A stretch of 64,000 bases of DNA from a cyanobacterium endosymbiont of Rhopalodia gibba (GCA_045159875.1 CP067995.1:832001-896000), one strand, 5' to 3'; counted from the stretch's first letter, positions 47,077-58,639 are shown. The notes: generated by a model not told the origin, from the letters alone. Numbers and translations are program-made.

Positions 47077-47330
47077 CTATTAAAGATAAAGCAGCATAAA
47101 CAAAATAATCTGAATAAAATCAACAAAGTGTCAGAATATTGACCTGCATTAATATCGGGTTGAATAGAAGTGTAATTGACCTGATATCAAAGAACGACAA
47201 TATATCAATAACAATAAAATTATTCTTGTCGAGACATGTAACCCATAAAATCTTAAGTAAGAAACCAGTCATTCTTTTAAATACAGGAAAATATAAGTAA
47301 GCGACAAGAAAATGAAGTAATTGTGATTAA
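47077..47330 (-). pseudogene. ctaE: Heme-copper oxidase subunit III (ARTO/CtaEII-type) remnant
   Basis: Reverse strand RFYGLHVSTRIILLLLIYCRSLISG..NY..SIF*HFVDFIQIILFMLLYL** compares with GFHGLHV..RSFIPGNY..SLFWHFVDVIWIILF..YLWQ; large internal deletion. Confidence 0.65.
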
Positions 47331-47743
47331 TGGCTTCAACACAGTAACTATAAATAAGTTACTTTATCTCCAAAAAGTAAATTGATCTTTTCTTTTGTTA
47401 GGTTACTCTTTAAATTAAGTTAAATCACTCATTAATCATCAATAAATATGTTGACTATAAATTAGTAGTATAAAGTTTTCGAGTTTCGCAGCATAATTTT
47501 GTTTAAATTGACATTACGCACTTCACTTCGAAATGAAGCATTATAAATTTTTTACAGAAATGCTTTTTTCAAACAAGTTCTTTTGTTCACTTGAGAAATT
47601 TTGTGAACTAAATTTTTATAGCAACTTTTAAAAAGGTAGTTGACAGTAAAAAGAGCATCTAAATTTTTATTTTTTTGTATACTTTTTTCATTAAAAATAA
47701 AATTAATTAAAAGTAAAACTTATGACTATTTACAAAACAATTA

Positions 47744-47764
47744 AGGGTGAATATTTTTCACCCT
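47744..47764 (-). terminator. Possible terminator hairpin downstream of murA
   Basis: agggtgaa-tattt-ttcaccct, 29 nt past the murA stop. Confidence 0.45.
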
Positions 47765-47792
47765 ACATTAGTTACATTCCTACTTTTGACTA

Positions 47793-49133
47793 CTAATTAG
47801 TTATTGTTGAATATGAGGTTAATTCTTCTTTAGAGGTAAGATTAATTCGACGGAGATTAGCTCCTAATTGGCGTAATTTTCCCTCTAAATTATCATAACC
47901 ACGATCTAAATGATGTAACCCCTGTACTAACGTCTTTCCTTGAGCTGCTAGTCCCGATAATACTAAAGCAGCTGAAGCCCGTAAATCCGTTGCCATGACT
48001 GGTGCACCTGAAAGGAAGGGAACTCCCCGTACCAGAGCAATGTTACCTTTAACACGGATATCTGCTCCCATTCGTTGGAACTCTGCTACATGGCGCAGAC
48101 GATTCTCAAATACAGTTTCGGTGATAACACTATTGCCTTCACTTAGGGTTAGCAAGGCCATAAATTGAGCTTGCATATCAGTGGGAAAACCAGGAAAGGG
48201 TAAGGTTTCAATGTCAGTTGCCCGTAACGGTGCAGGAATTAAACGTAAGCGATTAGGCTCTTCGATAATCACCTGAGGTCCGATAGCTCGCAATTTAGCA
48301 ATAGCTGAAGCTATATGCTCAGGAATTACAGGAAATAGACTAATTTCGGACTGGGTAATAGCTCCAGCAACCAAAAAGGTTCCTGCTTCAATGCGATCAG
48401 GGACAACACAGTAGTCTGTACTATGTAAACGTTCAACCCCAGAAATAATAATCTTATTAGTTCCTGCTCCTCGAATTTTAGCTCCCATAGAACAGCAAAA
48501 ACGTGCTAAATCGATAATTTCCGGTTCTTGGGCTGCATTCTCAATGATAGTTTCCCCATCGGCTAAAGTTGCTGCCATCATAATTGTTTCTGTGGCACCA
48601 ACGCTCGGATAGTCTAAATAAATCTTTGCTCCCGTTAAGCGATTGTGACTACCTTTAACACAAGCATGGACTTCTCCATGTTCGATGCGAACGTCAGCGC
48701 CCATGGACTGTAACCCTCGGACGTGAAGATCCACCGGTCTAGCTCCGATGGCACAGCCCCCTGGTAAGGGTACACGAGTCATACCTAAACGGGCTAATAA
48801 CGGACCTATAACAAAGAAACTTGCCCGCAGTTGGGATACCAATTCATAAGGAGCTTGAGATTTACTAATATTTTGAGCATTGATATCCAAAATGTTACCG
48901 TTTCTGTGAAGCTTAACTCCTAAAGCCGCCAAAACTTGGGTCATGCGGTTGATATCAACTAGGGAAGGGAGATTCCTCAAGCGACAGTCTTCAGAACACA
49001 AAAGAGAACCTGCCATCAGGGCAAGAGCAGAGTTTTTAGCTCCACTAATGACGACTTCTCCTTTAAGAGGAGTTTGACCCTGAATTTCTAAAACCGTTTG
49101 CTGTTTTTCAAGATGAGAGGGCATAGACATCAA
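47793..49133 (-). CDS. murA: UDP-N-acetylglucosamine 1-carboxyvinyltransferase
   Basis: [20 protein letters not shown] (catalytic Cys), [12 protein letters not shown]. Confidence 0.97.
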   Translation of the reverse strand: MMSMPSHLEKQQTVLEIQGQTPLKGEVVISGAKNSALALMAGSLLCSEDCRLRNLPSLVDINRMTQVLAALGVKLHRNGNILDINAQNISKSQAPYELVSQLRASFFVIGPLLARLGMTRVPLPGGCAIGARPVDLHVRGLQSMGADVRIEHGEVHACVKGSHNRLTGAKIYLDYPSVGATETIMMAATLADGETIIENAAQEPEIIDLARFCCSMGAKIRGAGTNKIIISGVERLHSTDYCVVPDRIEAGTFLVAGAITQSEISLFPVIPEHIASAIAKLRAIGPQVIIEEPNRLRLIPAPLRATDIETLPFPGFPTDMQAQFMALLTLSEGNSVITETVFENRLRHVAEFQRMGADIRVKGNIALVRGVPFLSGAPVMATDLRASAALVLSGLAAQGKTLVQGLHHLDRGYDNLEGKLRQLGANLRRINLTSKEELTSYSTITN

Positions 49134-49375
49134 GATATAGTTAATCTTTATGATTGTTTAATTAAAAAGTATAATCTTTTATAGTTTTTAATTAAAATTC
49201 GTCTACAATTTAACCCTAAATAACTAAAAAAGTCTAGTTTAACTCTTATATATACACTATTATCTCAGCTTAAACTTAGCAAAAGAGGCAAAAAAAGAGT
49301 ATTAATAATTGTGGGTTTTAATTCTTGACTTAATTAGCCGAACTAGTTACCATTAAGAAGCAACTTTGTCAAATT

Positions 49376-49459
49376 GCGGGGCTGGCGGAATTGGTAGACG
49401 CGCTAGATTCAGATTCTGGTGTCCGCAAGGACTTTCGGGTTCAAGTCCCGAGTTCCGCA
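49376..49459 (+). tRNA. trnL: tRNA-Leu(CAG)
   Basis: Class II cloverleaf with long variable arm; anticodon loop ttCAGat; TTCAAGT T-loop; TTGACT..TACCAT promoter-like boxes upstream. Confidence 0.93.
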
Positions 49460-49497
49460 TCAGGTTAAAATTGAGGTGAATATTTAAAAGATCCCCA

Positions 49498-50304
49498 ATG
49501 ATTACTAGCATTAAGAATCCTCTTGTTAAGCAAATCAGAAAGTTACATCGTACTCAGGGACGGCGTAAACAAAACCTATTGCTTTTGGAAGGGACTCATT
49601 TGTTAGAGACGGCTTGTCAGTCCAATTGTTCCCTAATAACATTATGTTTTACGGAACAATGGCAAGTTCGTTATCCTCAATTATGGACAATTGCATCTCA
49701 AAAGGCACAACGCATCGAACTTGTTACAACAGAAGTGCTGCAGTCAATGACAACTACTGTTAATCCTGATGGCGTAGTTGCGACTATAGTTTCCCTCAAA
49801 CAGCCAGAATCAGCGATCACTGATTTTCAGTTGGGTTTAATCTTAGAAAGACTACAAGATCCAGGAAATTTGGGAACAATTATTCGGACTGCTGTGGCTA
49901 CTGAAGTTAATGGAATCTGGCTAACTGATGACAGTGTTGAAGTTGATAATCCGAAAGTATTAAGAAGTTCTGCGGGTGCTTGGTTTCATGTTCCTATGAT
50001 GGTAAGTTTTGATTTGTCTACTGTTATTAGAAACTATCAACAGACAGGTGTACAAGTTATTGCAACTTTACCAACCGCAACCCAACCTTATTGGGAGATA
50101 GATTGGACTAAACCTAGTTTAATTTTATTGGGAAATGAAGGGGCAGGATTGTCACAAAAATTAGTAAATTTAGCTGATAAAATTGTTAGCATCCCTTTAG
50201 GAAAAAGAGTCGAATCATTAAATGTAGCTATAGCCTGTGCCGTACTTTTATACGAAGGAAAACGACAACGAGTTAACAGTGAAAAATCTTCTATGCTGAA
50301 CTGA
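49498..50304 (+). CDS. TrmH/SpoU-family RNA methyltransferase
   Basis: LQDPGNLGTIIRTA, LGNEGAGL, ESLNVAIA SPOUT motifs. Confidence 0.92.
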   Translation: MITSIKNPLVKQIRKLHRTQGRRKQNLLLLEGTHLLETACQSNCSLITLCFTEQWQVRYPQLWTIASQKAQRIELVTTEVLQSMTTTVNPDGVVATIVSLKQPESAITDFQLGLILERLQDPGNLGTIIRTAVATEVNGIWLTDDSVEVDNPKVLRSSAGAWFHVPMMVSFDLSTVIRNYQQTGVQVIATLPTATQPYWEIDWTKPSLILLGNEGAGLSQKLVNLADKIVSIPLGKRVESLNVAIACAVLLYEGKRQRVNSEKSSMLN

Positions 50305-51574
50305 GTCTACTAAGTCAGTGGCTAATAACTACTGAAACCTTTATTCTTACTACATTCCAAGGAAATAATTGCAGTCTTTGTTTATTAAAACATCCTCATA
50401 GTTACTCTAGAAACCCCGTTATTTTTTCTTAAAAATTGTCCTAGTTTCTTTTCGTTTAATATCTCTGCTTCTATTTGTCAAAAATTTTCAAGTGTTCCTA
50501 ATTTAGATTGGGTGATATTGAGAATTGTTAACTTAAACTAACGCCATATATCAGTCCACTAAATTAGTAGGAAAGATTTTATTTGCAAATAGTTACTATG
50601 GCTAACTTTTTTTAATTAAAAACTTAAAACAGTTCAAGAATATATCGTGTTTACGCGAGTATATAGATACTAAGTACCAGTTTACTTAATTAATCTAAAT
50701 TTCCGGCTAATCAATGATGTAAATTCGAGCTAACTGGGCTGGATACTATACTATTCAGTTGGTCAAATTAAAATTTTTCTTTTGAGGATAATCAATCATA
50801 ATTATTCTATAAAACTAGTTTTTTTTAGGTTTAATAGCCTTAAACCCTCTTCTGTAAAATTACTCTAGTAAATCCGGTTTCATAATCATGAAGCTTTTCC
50901 TAACTATCTGTTAATATTGGCGGTAAAGTTTTTATAACTACGCAAAGATATGACTATAATGGTTACCTATTACTCTATTAATTTTATAATTAGCACAATA
51001 AAGGTAATTTTATGAAAATTTTTAGAAAAATCTATATTTAAAATAGCGATTATACGCTTCTCTTTTAAACATTTTTACAGATAAATTATAAACCTATTTT
51101 TTAAAACTTTAGTGTTGCTTTGGTCTCTTCAAACCCAATAAAAGCTAATTTTTTGACTTAAAAATATAGAAGATAGAGGATTTTATCTTCTCTTAAGATA
51201 AACGATAAAAATTCTATATACGATATAAATTCAAGAAAGAACTATTGAAAGAAATAATATTTTTTATCTAAATGGTTTAATCGGCAGTAAAGTAAGAATG
51301 TAGGAAGATTTTTTAAAAGTTAATCGAGGTATTGGTGATAAAAACAACTCTATATCGGCTTTTAATAAACTGTATAACTAACAGATGGGCTAATTTTATC
51401 TGAAATAGTAATAATTTTTCTCTTTCCTAACTATGTCCAACATCTTCTGTACTTTTAACCAAATTTTTAGAAAAAATCCTTGAAGAAAAATTCTATTTAC
51501 CTAGATTTTAGAAGATAAGAGGACTGTTAAAATGTTAAATGGAACCTTTACACAGTTTCTCAAGGATACTTTTT

Positions 51575-53248
51575 CTAAGAAAAACTGTATATAGTTTGCA
51601 TCTCTAGGTTTTTCAAATATTGAGAGGGTTTTTGAGTTACAGGGAAAGTATGACGATCTAATTGAACTTGCAACCCTAACATGGGATCATCCCCTGATGA
51701 AATGAGAAATTCTAGACGTTGAATACTCTTCCAAGTAGAAAGTTCATCAAGGATTCCAGTGATCGCCTGTAAATAAAGATGTTTTGAGTTTCGATACCAG
51801 TGGGGATTAACCATTTTTCCTTGTTCAAACCCTAGATGGAAAATCAAGGAAGGACTACCAAACAAAGCGATTGCGACGGGTCTAACTTCTTCCTGTAAAA
51901 ACAATTGAGCTGAACGTCCTAACTTTCGTAGTTTCTCTAAATTAGCATAACGTTCTTTAGCTGAGCTCTCTTTTATTTCCCAATCAATAGCAACTGTAAT
52001 CAAATAAGTATTTAACAATAAATGTCCTAGTTTTTCAGCTTTTGTCGCTAAATAACTAGAATTATAATTATTAGATTCAATTAATAAAGGAACTCTATCT
52101 ACTACTTCTAAACCATATCCTTTTAACCCGGCAATTTTTCGGGGATTGTTAGTAATCAAACGAATTTGTTTAATACCCAAATCATTTAACATTTGCGCTC
52201 CCATACCATAATCGCGCAAATCAGCTGGAAACCCCAATTTTTCATTAGCTTCCACCGTATCGAGTCCTATATCTTGTAGGGAATAAGCTTTTAATTTATT
52301 AACTAACCCAATACCTCGCCCTTCTTGACGTAAATAAACAACGACTCCTAAGCCAGCCTCCTCAATCATTTTTAAGGCGGTTTGCAGTTGCATTCGACAG
52401 TCACAACGCAATGAGCCCAAGGCATCCCCTGTTAAGCATTCTGAATGCATTCGCACCATGACCGGTTGATCCGTAAACTGTGCAGGATCTCCCTTAACAA
52501 TTGCTATGTGTTCAGTTCCATCGAGAGCATTACGATAGGCATAAACCTGAAATGTTCCAAATTTACTGGGAAATTGACAAATTGTTTCCCGATAAACAAA
52601 GCGATCATGTTGAAGGCGATAGCTGATTAAATCAGCGATACTAATTAGTTTTAAATGATGTTTTCGGGCATATTCAAACAGTTGAGGGAGTCGTGCCATA
52701 GAACCATCATAGTTTTGAATTTCGCAGATCACCCCAGCTGGATATAGTCCTGCTAACCTCGATAAATCAACGGCTGATTCCGTATGGCCAGCACGTTTAA
52801 GAACACCCCCTTCTTTGGCTCGTATCGGAAAAATATGCCCTGGACGGGTTAAGTCGTCAGGGTGAGTATGGGGGTTAATTGCTACTTGGATAGTACGGGC
52901 GCGATCATCAGCAGAAATACCCGTCGTTACTCCTAAATGAGGTGCAGCATCAATACTGACGGTAAAAGCAGTTTGATTACTATCAGTATTTTTTGTAACC
53001 ATCAGGGGTAAATCTAGGGAATCGAGGCGTTCACCCATCATGGCTAAACAAATTAACCCCCGTGCCTCTACTGCCATAAAATTTACCATATTCGGAGTAG
53101 CAAATTGGGCAGCACAGATTATATCTCCTTCATTTTCCCGATTTTCGTCATCTACTACCACAACGGAGCGACCGGCTTTAATATCGGCTAAAGCAGCATC
53201 GATAGAATCAAATTTGGTAATTGAGTTTGGTGAAGCGTCCACAGGCAA
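51575..53248 (-). CDS. ribBA: DHBP synthase / GTP cyclohydrolase II
   Basis: [43 protein letters not shown]. Confidence 0.96.
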   Translation of the reverse strand: MPVDASPNSITKFDSIDAALADIKAGRSVVVVDDENRENEGDIICAAQFATPNMVNFMAVEARGLICLAMMGERLDSLDLPLMVTKNTDSNQTAFTVSIDAAPHLGVTTGISADDRARTIQVAINPHTHPDDLTRPGHIFPIRAKEGGVLKRAGHTESAVDLSRLAGLYPAGVICEIQNYDGSMARLPQLFEYARKHHLKLISIADLISYRLQHDRFVYRETICQFPSKFGTFQVYAYRNALDGTEHIAIVKGDPAQFTDQPVMVRMHSECLTGDALGSLRCDCRMQLQTALKMIEEAGLGVVVYLRQEGRGIGLVNKLKAYSLQDIGLDTVEANEKLGFPADLRDYGMGAQMLNDLGIKQIRLITNNPRKIAGLKGYGLEVVDRVPLLIESNNYNSSYLATKAEKLGHLLLNTYLITVAIDWEIKESSAKERYANLEKLRKLGRSAQLFLQEEVRPVAIALFGSPSLIFHLGFEQGKMVNPHWYRNSKHLYLQAITGILDELSTWKSIQRLEFLISSGDDPMLGLQVQLDRHTFPVTQKPSQYLKNLEMQTIYSFS

Positions 53249-53963
53249 TTGAGGTATTGATAGAGTTTTTAGTTAATAGTTCTATTTTGACATTTTCACC
53301 AAAAAACTATTTAAATCTGTTGCTTATTAATATGTTCTAAATTCTTTAGACATCTTCGTCTGCAATTGAAGCACGGTTTTTGACCGAAACAATCACCTAA
53401 GTAATACTTTCAGGGAAGATAACCACCAATTCTCTCTTATCCATGCGACTTCTCTCTTATTCATGTGATCCAATCCTATTTGGACATCCACAACTCCATC
53501 CAATAATTGCTTTATTTTGAGCTTCAAAATTTTTTTGTTAAATTTCTTTGATAATTAACATCGACAATTTCCTTGTGATTACGTTCGCATTCACAATCAC
53601 CTTATCTAAAAAGAGTGCGGTTAAACACCTCAGCAGCAATTTCCTCTTAGGGGTTTCTGGAAGAAACAAAACACTCAAGACGAAGACTGCCAAATTAGTT
53701 AGTGGATAACTCTCAACTAAGAAAAACGTGCAGACGGTGGCTTTTTGTATACCACAGACACACAGTGTAACTTGAAGTCAGATACTGCAATGATACTGTA
53801 TTCATCGTACAACAACCAGTATAGTATGATTAATACATGATTTTTTATAAGAATCTTGTTAAATTACGACGTAATCTTATGATAAAATTCTTTTCTGTTA
53901 GTTTTATCTCAACGTAGGTAGACGACTTTCAGGCAACATTTTTTGAATATATTGATTATTCTT

Positions 53964-54665
53964 GTGCAAATTGATGTTATAACCTTATTCCCTGATTTTT
54001 TCACTTCTCCTCTTCAAGAGGGACTCTTAGGAAGAGCTTTGGTTAAAGAGATTGCTAGGGTTAATCTCGTTAATCCTCGTAGATTTGCTCTTGATAAGCA
54101 TCATCGCGTAGATGATGAACCTTACGGGGGAGGAGTGGGAATGCTTCTGAAACCTGAGCCTATTTTTTCGGCAGTAGAGTCTTTATCGATATTGGACAAA
54201 CCCAATATCATCTTACTGACTCCTCAAGGACAACCTCTTAACCAACCCTTACTACGAAAATTGTCCACTGAGTATGATCAATTGGTTCTTATTTGTGGCC
54301 ATTATGAAGGAGTGGATGACCGTATTCGTCACTTAGTTGATCAAGAAATTTCTTTAGGAGATTTTGTTCTAACCTGTGGAGAAATTCCTGCATTAGCTTT
54401 AATCAATGGAGTTGTTCGCCTCTTACCTGGAACAGTTGGTAAGATTGAATCTCTTAAATCCGAAAGTTTTGAAGCTGGGCTACTCGATTATCCTCAATAT
54501 ACTCGTCCTTCTACTTTTCGGGGTTGGGAAGTTCCTGAAGTGCTAAGGTCAGGAAATCATCAAGCGATTGAAAAATGGCGGTATCAACAACAACTTAAAA
54601 GAACTCAAGAACGCCGATCTGATTTGTGGGAAAAATGGTTAAAGTCTTCTCAAAGCAATAAGTAA
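53964..54665 (+). CDS. trmD: tRNA (guanine37-N1)-methyltransferase
   Basis: DDEPYGGGVGM, CGHYEGVD, SLGDFVLTCGE, YPQYTRP; probable GTG start at 53964. Confidence 0.96.
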   Translation: MQIDVITLFPDFFTSPLQEGLLGRALVKEIARVNLVNPRRFALDKHHRVDDEPYGGGVGMLLKPEPIFSAVESLSILDKPNIILLTPQGQPLNQPLLRKLSTEYDQLVLICGHYEGVDDRIRHLVDQEISLGDFVLTCGEIPALALINGVVRLLPGTVGKIESLKSESFEAGLLDYPQYTRPSTFRGWEVPEVLRSGNHQAIEKWRYQQQLKRTQERRSDLWEKWLKSSQSNK

Positions 54666-55482
54666 ATCTAAGATTAAGACTTTAACTAAATTTGGTTGCT
54701 TAACGGCTCTGATGATACGATGACAATCTGAATCGAAGTTAGCCTATTAACATTGACATCCTTAAAGATTTTCTTAAGAAAATCCTAAATAAAGTTCTGT
54801 CCGCGTTGCATCACTTTTATCCAATTTGACCTTCTGGGCAACTGATTCTATAAGAATCAGTCAAAAAACGACAAGGATGGTGGGCGGATAACCCAAAATT
54901 CCTCCCCCGAGTCGTTTCTTACTGAAAAGTTAACATTAATTCTTTAGCGATTATCAATATCTCCTTATTCGTAGAAACTACAATTAATTTACTCTGGAGT
55001 TCAGAATGAGGAAGTGAATGGTTCCGATAAAAGCAAACAAGTAGAATTATTCCTAAAGCACTATATTCTTACTAAGAGTTTTGCATTTGTTCATAAAACT
55101 ATCGACTACTAAAAATTTAGTCAAGTTTTTGCCAGTTGAGAACTTTAAGAATTACTAAATTTTCTATGTAATCACCGAAAGATAACAAGACTCTTTCTCT
55201 TTTCTAAGTAGTTTTTAGTTCATTATCGATAGACCAAAAATATAAATAAGTTATTAGGTTGTGTGATTTATTATCCAATTGTTCAGTTAACAGTCAAAAG
55301 CCAGCCGTCATGAATTTTCGATGACACCTTCTTTCTTATCCCATTTATAACCAATAAGGTGGCGTAAAATCTTAAGTGTTGCTTATACATTAAATGCTAA
55401 AGTTATAAATTTTAGCTATTTTGTTGAGCTTTTTAGGAGCAAAGCTAAAATGTTTCAACAGACCTCCTATTCCCATAGATGA

Positions 55483-56709
55483 TTGTCCATGCGTACTATC
55501 CGAGAAATTAACGAAAAAATCCTTTGCCAACAAGCGGTGGTGTGGACTGTTGAAGAACTGAAAATACGAGTACAAAATAGTAGTGTAGAACAAGTATTTG
55601 AGGAAGTAGATGTTATTTGCACCGGAACTTTTGAACCGATGGAATCTTCTGGAGCAATTATTAACTTAGGCCATACCGATCCTCCTATTAAAATTCGTCA
55701 ATGTTGGATCGAGGGAATTCCAGCCTATGCAGGATTTGGAGCGGTTGATTTATACTTAGGCTCAACGGCGATGATTGATTATGCTGTTACTGGAGAAGGA
55801 GCCGATGGAGATAATCGTCAGGGAACAGCTATATCAGAACGAGGGGGTGGTCATGTTATTGAAAATTTAATTGCCGGCCAACCTGTTTCTTTACGGGCGG
55901 TTGGCCAGGCGACTGATTGTTATCCTAGAACTTCTTTTGAGACTACTATTACCCGTGAGACTATAAATCAATTTTATTTATATAATCCGCGCAACCTATA
56001 TCAGAATTTTATTGTGGGGGTAAATGGAGGTGATTATTCCCTCTATACTTATCTTGGACCTTTACAACCTGGATTAGGCAACGCCGTTTATTCTAATCCG
56101 GGGGCGATTGGACCGCTAATCAATGATCCTAACTTAGAAGTAATTGGTATCGGAACCCGTATTTTCCTTGGCGGTGGTGTAGGTTATATTGCTTGGGAAG
56201 GGACTCAACATTTTCCTTTACAAAAACGTTTACCTAACAAAACTCCTATTGGTCCGGCAGCCACTTTAGCCTTGATCGGAGATGCTAAAGGAATGTCATC
56301 CAAATGGGTTAGGGGGTGTTACTTCCACAATTATGGCCCATCTTTAATGTTGGGAGTAGGGATTCCCTTACCGGTTCTTTCTCTCGACGTAATTAAACAT
56401 TGTGCAGTTAACGATCAGGAAATTGTCGCTCCTGTGGTAGATTTTGCTATTCCCCGTCGGGTTCGTCCCACCTTTGGTTTAGTTAATTATGCTCAACTCA
56501 AAAGTGGACAAATAAACATCGAGGGAAAAACAGTTCGAGTTGCTCCTTTAGCCAGTATTTCTCGTTCTCGACAAGTTGCCCAAGAACTCAAGCAATGGAT
56601 TCAAGCAGGAGAATTCACCTTAACCGAACCCGTGGTTTCTTTACCCAAAAATCGGGATTTTATTCCCCAAGATTTATGGGGATCTCGTATTAGTATTAGC
56701 TTGGATTAG
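55483..56709 (+). CDS. Homocysteine biosynthesis protein (DUF39, L-aspartate semialdehyde sulfurtransferase-like)
   Basis: RTIREINEKI, VDVICTGTFEPMESSG, GGGHVIE, PRNLYQN, IGIGTRIFLGG. Confidence 0.85.
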   Translation: MSMRTIREINEKILCQQAVVWTVEELKIRVQNSSVEQVFEEVDVICTGTFEPMESSGAIINLGHTDPPIKIRQCWIEGIPAYAGFGAVDLYLGSTAMIDYAVTGEGADGDNRQGTAISERGGGHVIENLIAGQPVSLRAVGQATDCYPRTSFETTITRETINQFYLYNPRNLYQNFIVGVNGGDYSLYTYLGPLQPGLGNAVYSNPGAIGPLINDPNLEVIGIGTRIFLGGGVGYIAWEGTQHFPLQKRLPNKTPIGPAATLALIGDAKGMSSKWVRGCYFHNYGPSLMLGVGIPLPVLSLDVIKHCAVNDQEIVAPVVDFAIPRRVRPTFGLVNYAQLKSGQINIEGKTVRVAPLASISRSRQVAQELKQWIQAGEFTLTEPVVSLPKNRDFIPQDLWGSRISISLD

Positions 56710-56720
56710 ATGGGAGGGGA

Positions 56721-56748
56721 GCAGAGACGTTGCAAGCAACGTCTCTAT
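56721..56748. repeat. Cyanobacterial REP-like dispersed palindrome between convergent genes
   Basis: gcAGAGACGTTGC-aa-GCAACGTCTCTat resembles GTAGAGACGTTGCATGCAACGTCTCTAC-type repeats. Confidence 0.75.
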
Positions 56749-56787
56749 AGTTTGGTATATAAAGTGATACCTTCACTAAGGTAGAAT

Positions 56788-57747
56788 CTAGCTTCCCCAC
56801 ATTTTGACCATAATAATTTCTGGTGGAATATCAGCTACCTTATCAGTAGAGGATTGAATGCCAATATAACGCTCAGATCCCAATGGTAAAAGTTTTGTTG
56901 AGTCTGTAGGTCCAAACAGAGCAAAGGTATAGGTCCCTACGGCTACGGCTAACTGAAGAGGATCACTATCGGTACAAAGGATTGAATTAGCCCCTGCGAT
57001 AATAGCTGCCAGTTTACCAACATCACCAGGTCGAGTAACTTTGAGCATAGGATAATTTTCTTGCATCAAGATGCTTTGCTCCGAATTATTGCTATCTTGC
57101 AATAAGACTACTGATAAATTTGGCTGTTTTTGTTTAAAACTATCGATAATAGTTCTCCATTTCTCAACTGGATAAATAGCTTTAGACTCTTGAGGAATTT
57201 GACTCGAACCGTTGTAGAGTAACATGTAATTATCTTTCAGGTTAAGTCGTTGCTGTTCAGCTCGCGCCCAGTCAATATCTTCCGTCGGGACGGCAATTTT
57301 TAGAGGAGGACAAGAAGATTGAATTCCAAAACCGGTTAGCAGGTCGTGGGCAACATGGGGAGCGTACTGTTTTGTTTTAAGAGGGACAGGATTAGATACA
57401 AACCAGGAGGTTTGGCTTCGATACCCAATTCTTAAAGGAATGCCATTCAACCATAAAAGTAGGTCAATGGTCCACTTTTGTCCTAAGTTAAAAGCGATAT
57501 CATATTCGCGATCGCGAATCATACCTAAGACGTTTAAATATTCAGCTAATCCATTGCGATCTTGATAATTAAAGATGAGAACTTCATGGACACAGGGACA
57601 CACCCGATAAGCTGATTTAGCACGGGGTTCAACCATGACATCAATTGTGGCGTTTGGATATTGGGTTTTGAGAGCTTCGAGGGTAGGAAAAAATAAGATT
57701 TGGTCGCCAACTCCCCCAGGAACAAGGGTTAATATTCGCATAGGCAC
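56788..57747 (-). CDS. Glycosyltransferase family 9 (heptosyltransferase-like)
   Basis: PGGVGDQILFFP, LCTDS..QLAVAVGT..ALFGPT. Confidence 0.88.
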   Translation of the reverse strand: MPMRILTLVPGGVGDQILFFPTLEALKTQYPNATIDVMVEPRAKSAYRVCPCVHEVLIFNYQDRNGLAEYLNVLGMIRDREYDIAFNLGQKWTIDLLLWLNGIPLRIGYRSQTSWFVSNPVPLKTKQYAPHVAHDLLTGFGIQSSCPPLKIAVPTEDIDWARAEQQRLNLKDNYMLLYNGSSQIPQESKAIYPVEKWRTIIDSFKQKQPNLSVVLLQDSNNSEQSILMQENYPMLKVTRPGDVGKLAAIIAGANSILCTDSDPLQLAVAVGTYTFALFGPTDSTKLLPLGSERYIGIQSSTDKVADIPPEIIMVKMWGS

Positions 57748-57870
57748 GATCCTTAGATTAATAATCTATCAGCTTAATCACAGCACAACAGATTCATTCT
57801 AAGGTAAGATTCCCCTAAATCCCTTATCTATTCAGAATAAATTCTTTTTATAAGTAAAAGTTATTTCATT

Positions 57871-57911
57871 CTCCCAAGTAGCTATAAGTTGAACTTATAG
57901 CTACTTGGGAG
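57871..57911. repeat. 41-bp palindrome (20-bp perfect arms, 1-nt spacer)
   Basis: ctcccaagtagctataagtt-g-aacttatagctacttgggag. Confidence 0.95.
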
Positions 57912-58606
57912 GATCTGTCATGTAAAAATTAAAAATATGGAAATAAAGTTTGATTATTAATAATCAAATCAATGAAAGCTAAAACTGCTATTTATATGAT
58001 ATTAAAATAGATTTTATTTTTTTAAAAAATAATGTTAATTGTAAGATTTTCACTTAATTTATACCTATTTAAATACTAAACTCAGTTTAATAAATGAGAT
58101 CTTAAATTTAAGAAGATATACCATTTTCCATAATTCAGATTTTAAATGAGATAGAAATAATTTTATTTATCAAAAAATATACCAAACAGCAACTTATATT
58201 TATGAGCAGTCTAATTGCCAGAAAACTTTATCACAAAAGTGAATTAACTATAAAAAATTTGTATTAAGCAAAAAAACTGTTTAATTTAAGGTTAATTCTT
58301 GTTAAGTTGATGTGACTTATATAGAAAGTTTTACGAAAAAAATTGTAATTTTTTTACTAAAATATGTGTTAAAGAACTGAATACACAAATTTTAACAAAT
58401 AATAATACCAGAAATATTACTAAGAAGAGTAAAGTAAGTCAACAAAAACAGAAATATCTTTCAAAGAGGTCAAGACAATAGTAATAAGGAAACTCATATA
58501 TTGAAACAGTTAGCAATCTATTAAATTAGTGTCTTTACAAGAAAGATAAATTATTATCCAATGATAGTAACTTTAGACAGAGTATTAAACATAAAAAGTA
58601 TAAAAA

Positions 58607-58639
58607 AGAACTATTTAAGATAGGATCTCAAATAGTTCT
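58607..58639. repeat. 15-bp inverted repeat (1 mismatch)
   Basis: agaactatttaagat-agg-atctcaaatagttct. Confidence 0.75.

Noticed and set aside
53340..53800. GC-richer stretch with a 20-bp tandem duplication (53430-53469); considered as CRISPR, riboswitch or ncRNA upstream of ribBA
   Set aside because: Only two adjacent imperfect copies without spacers, and no FMN-riboswitch consensus seen; probably an unidentified decayed gene
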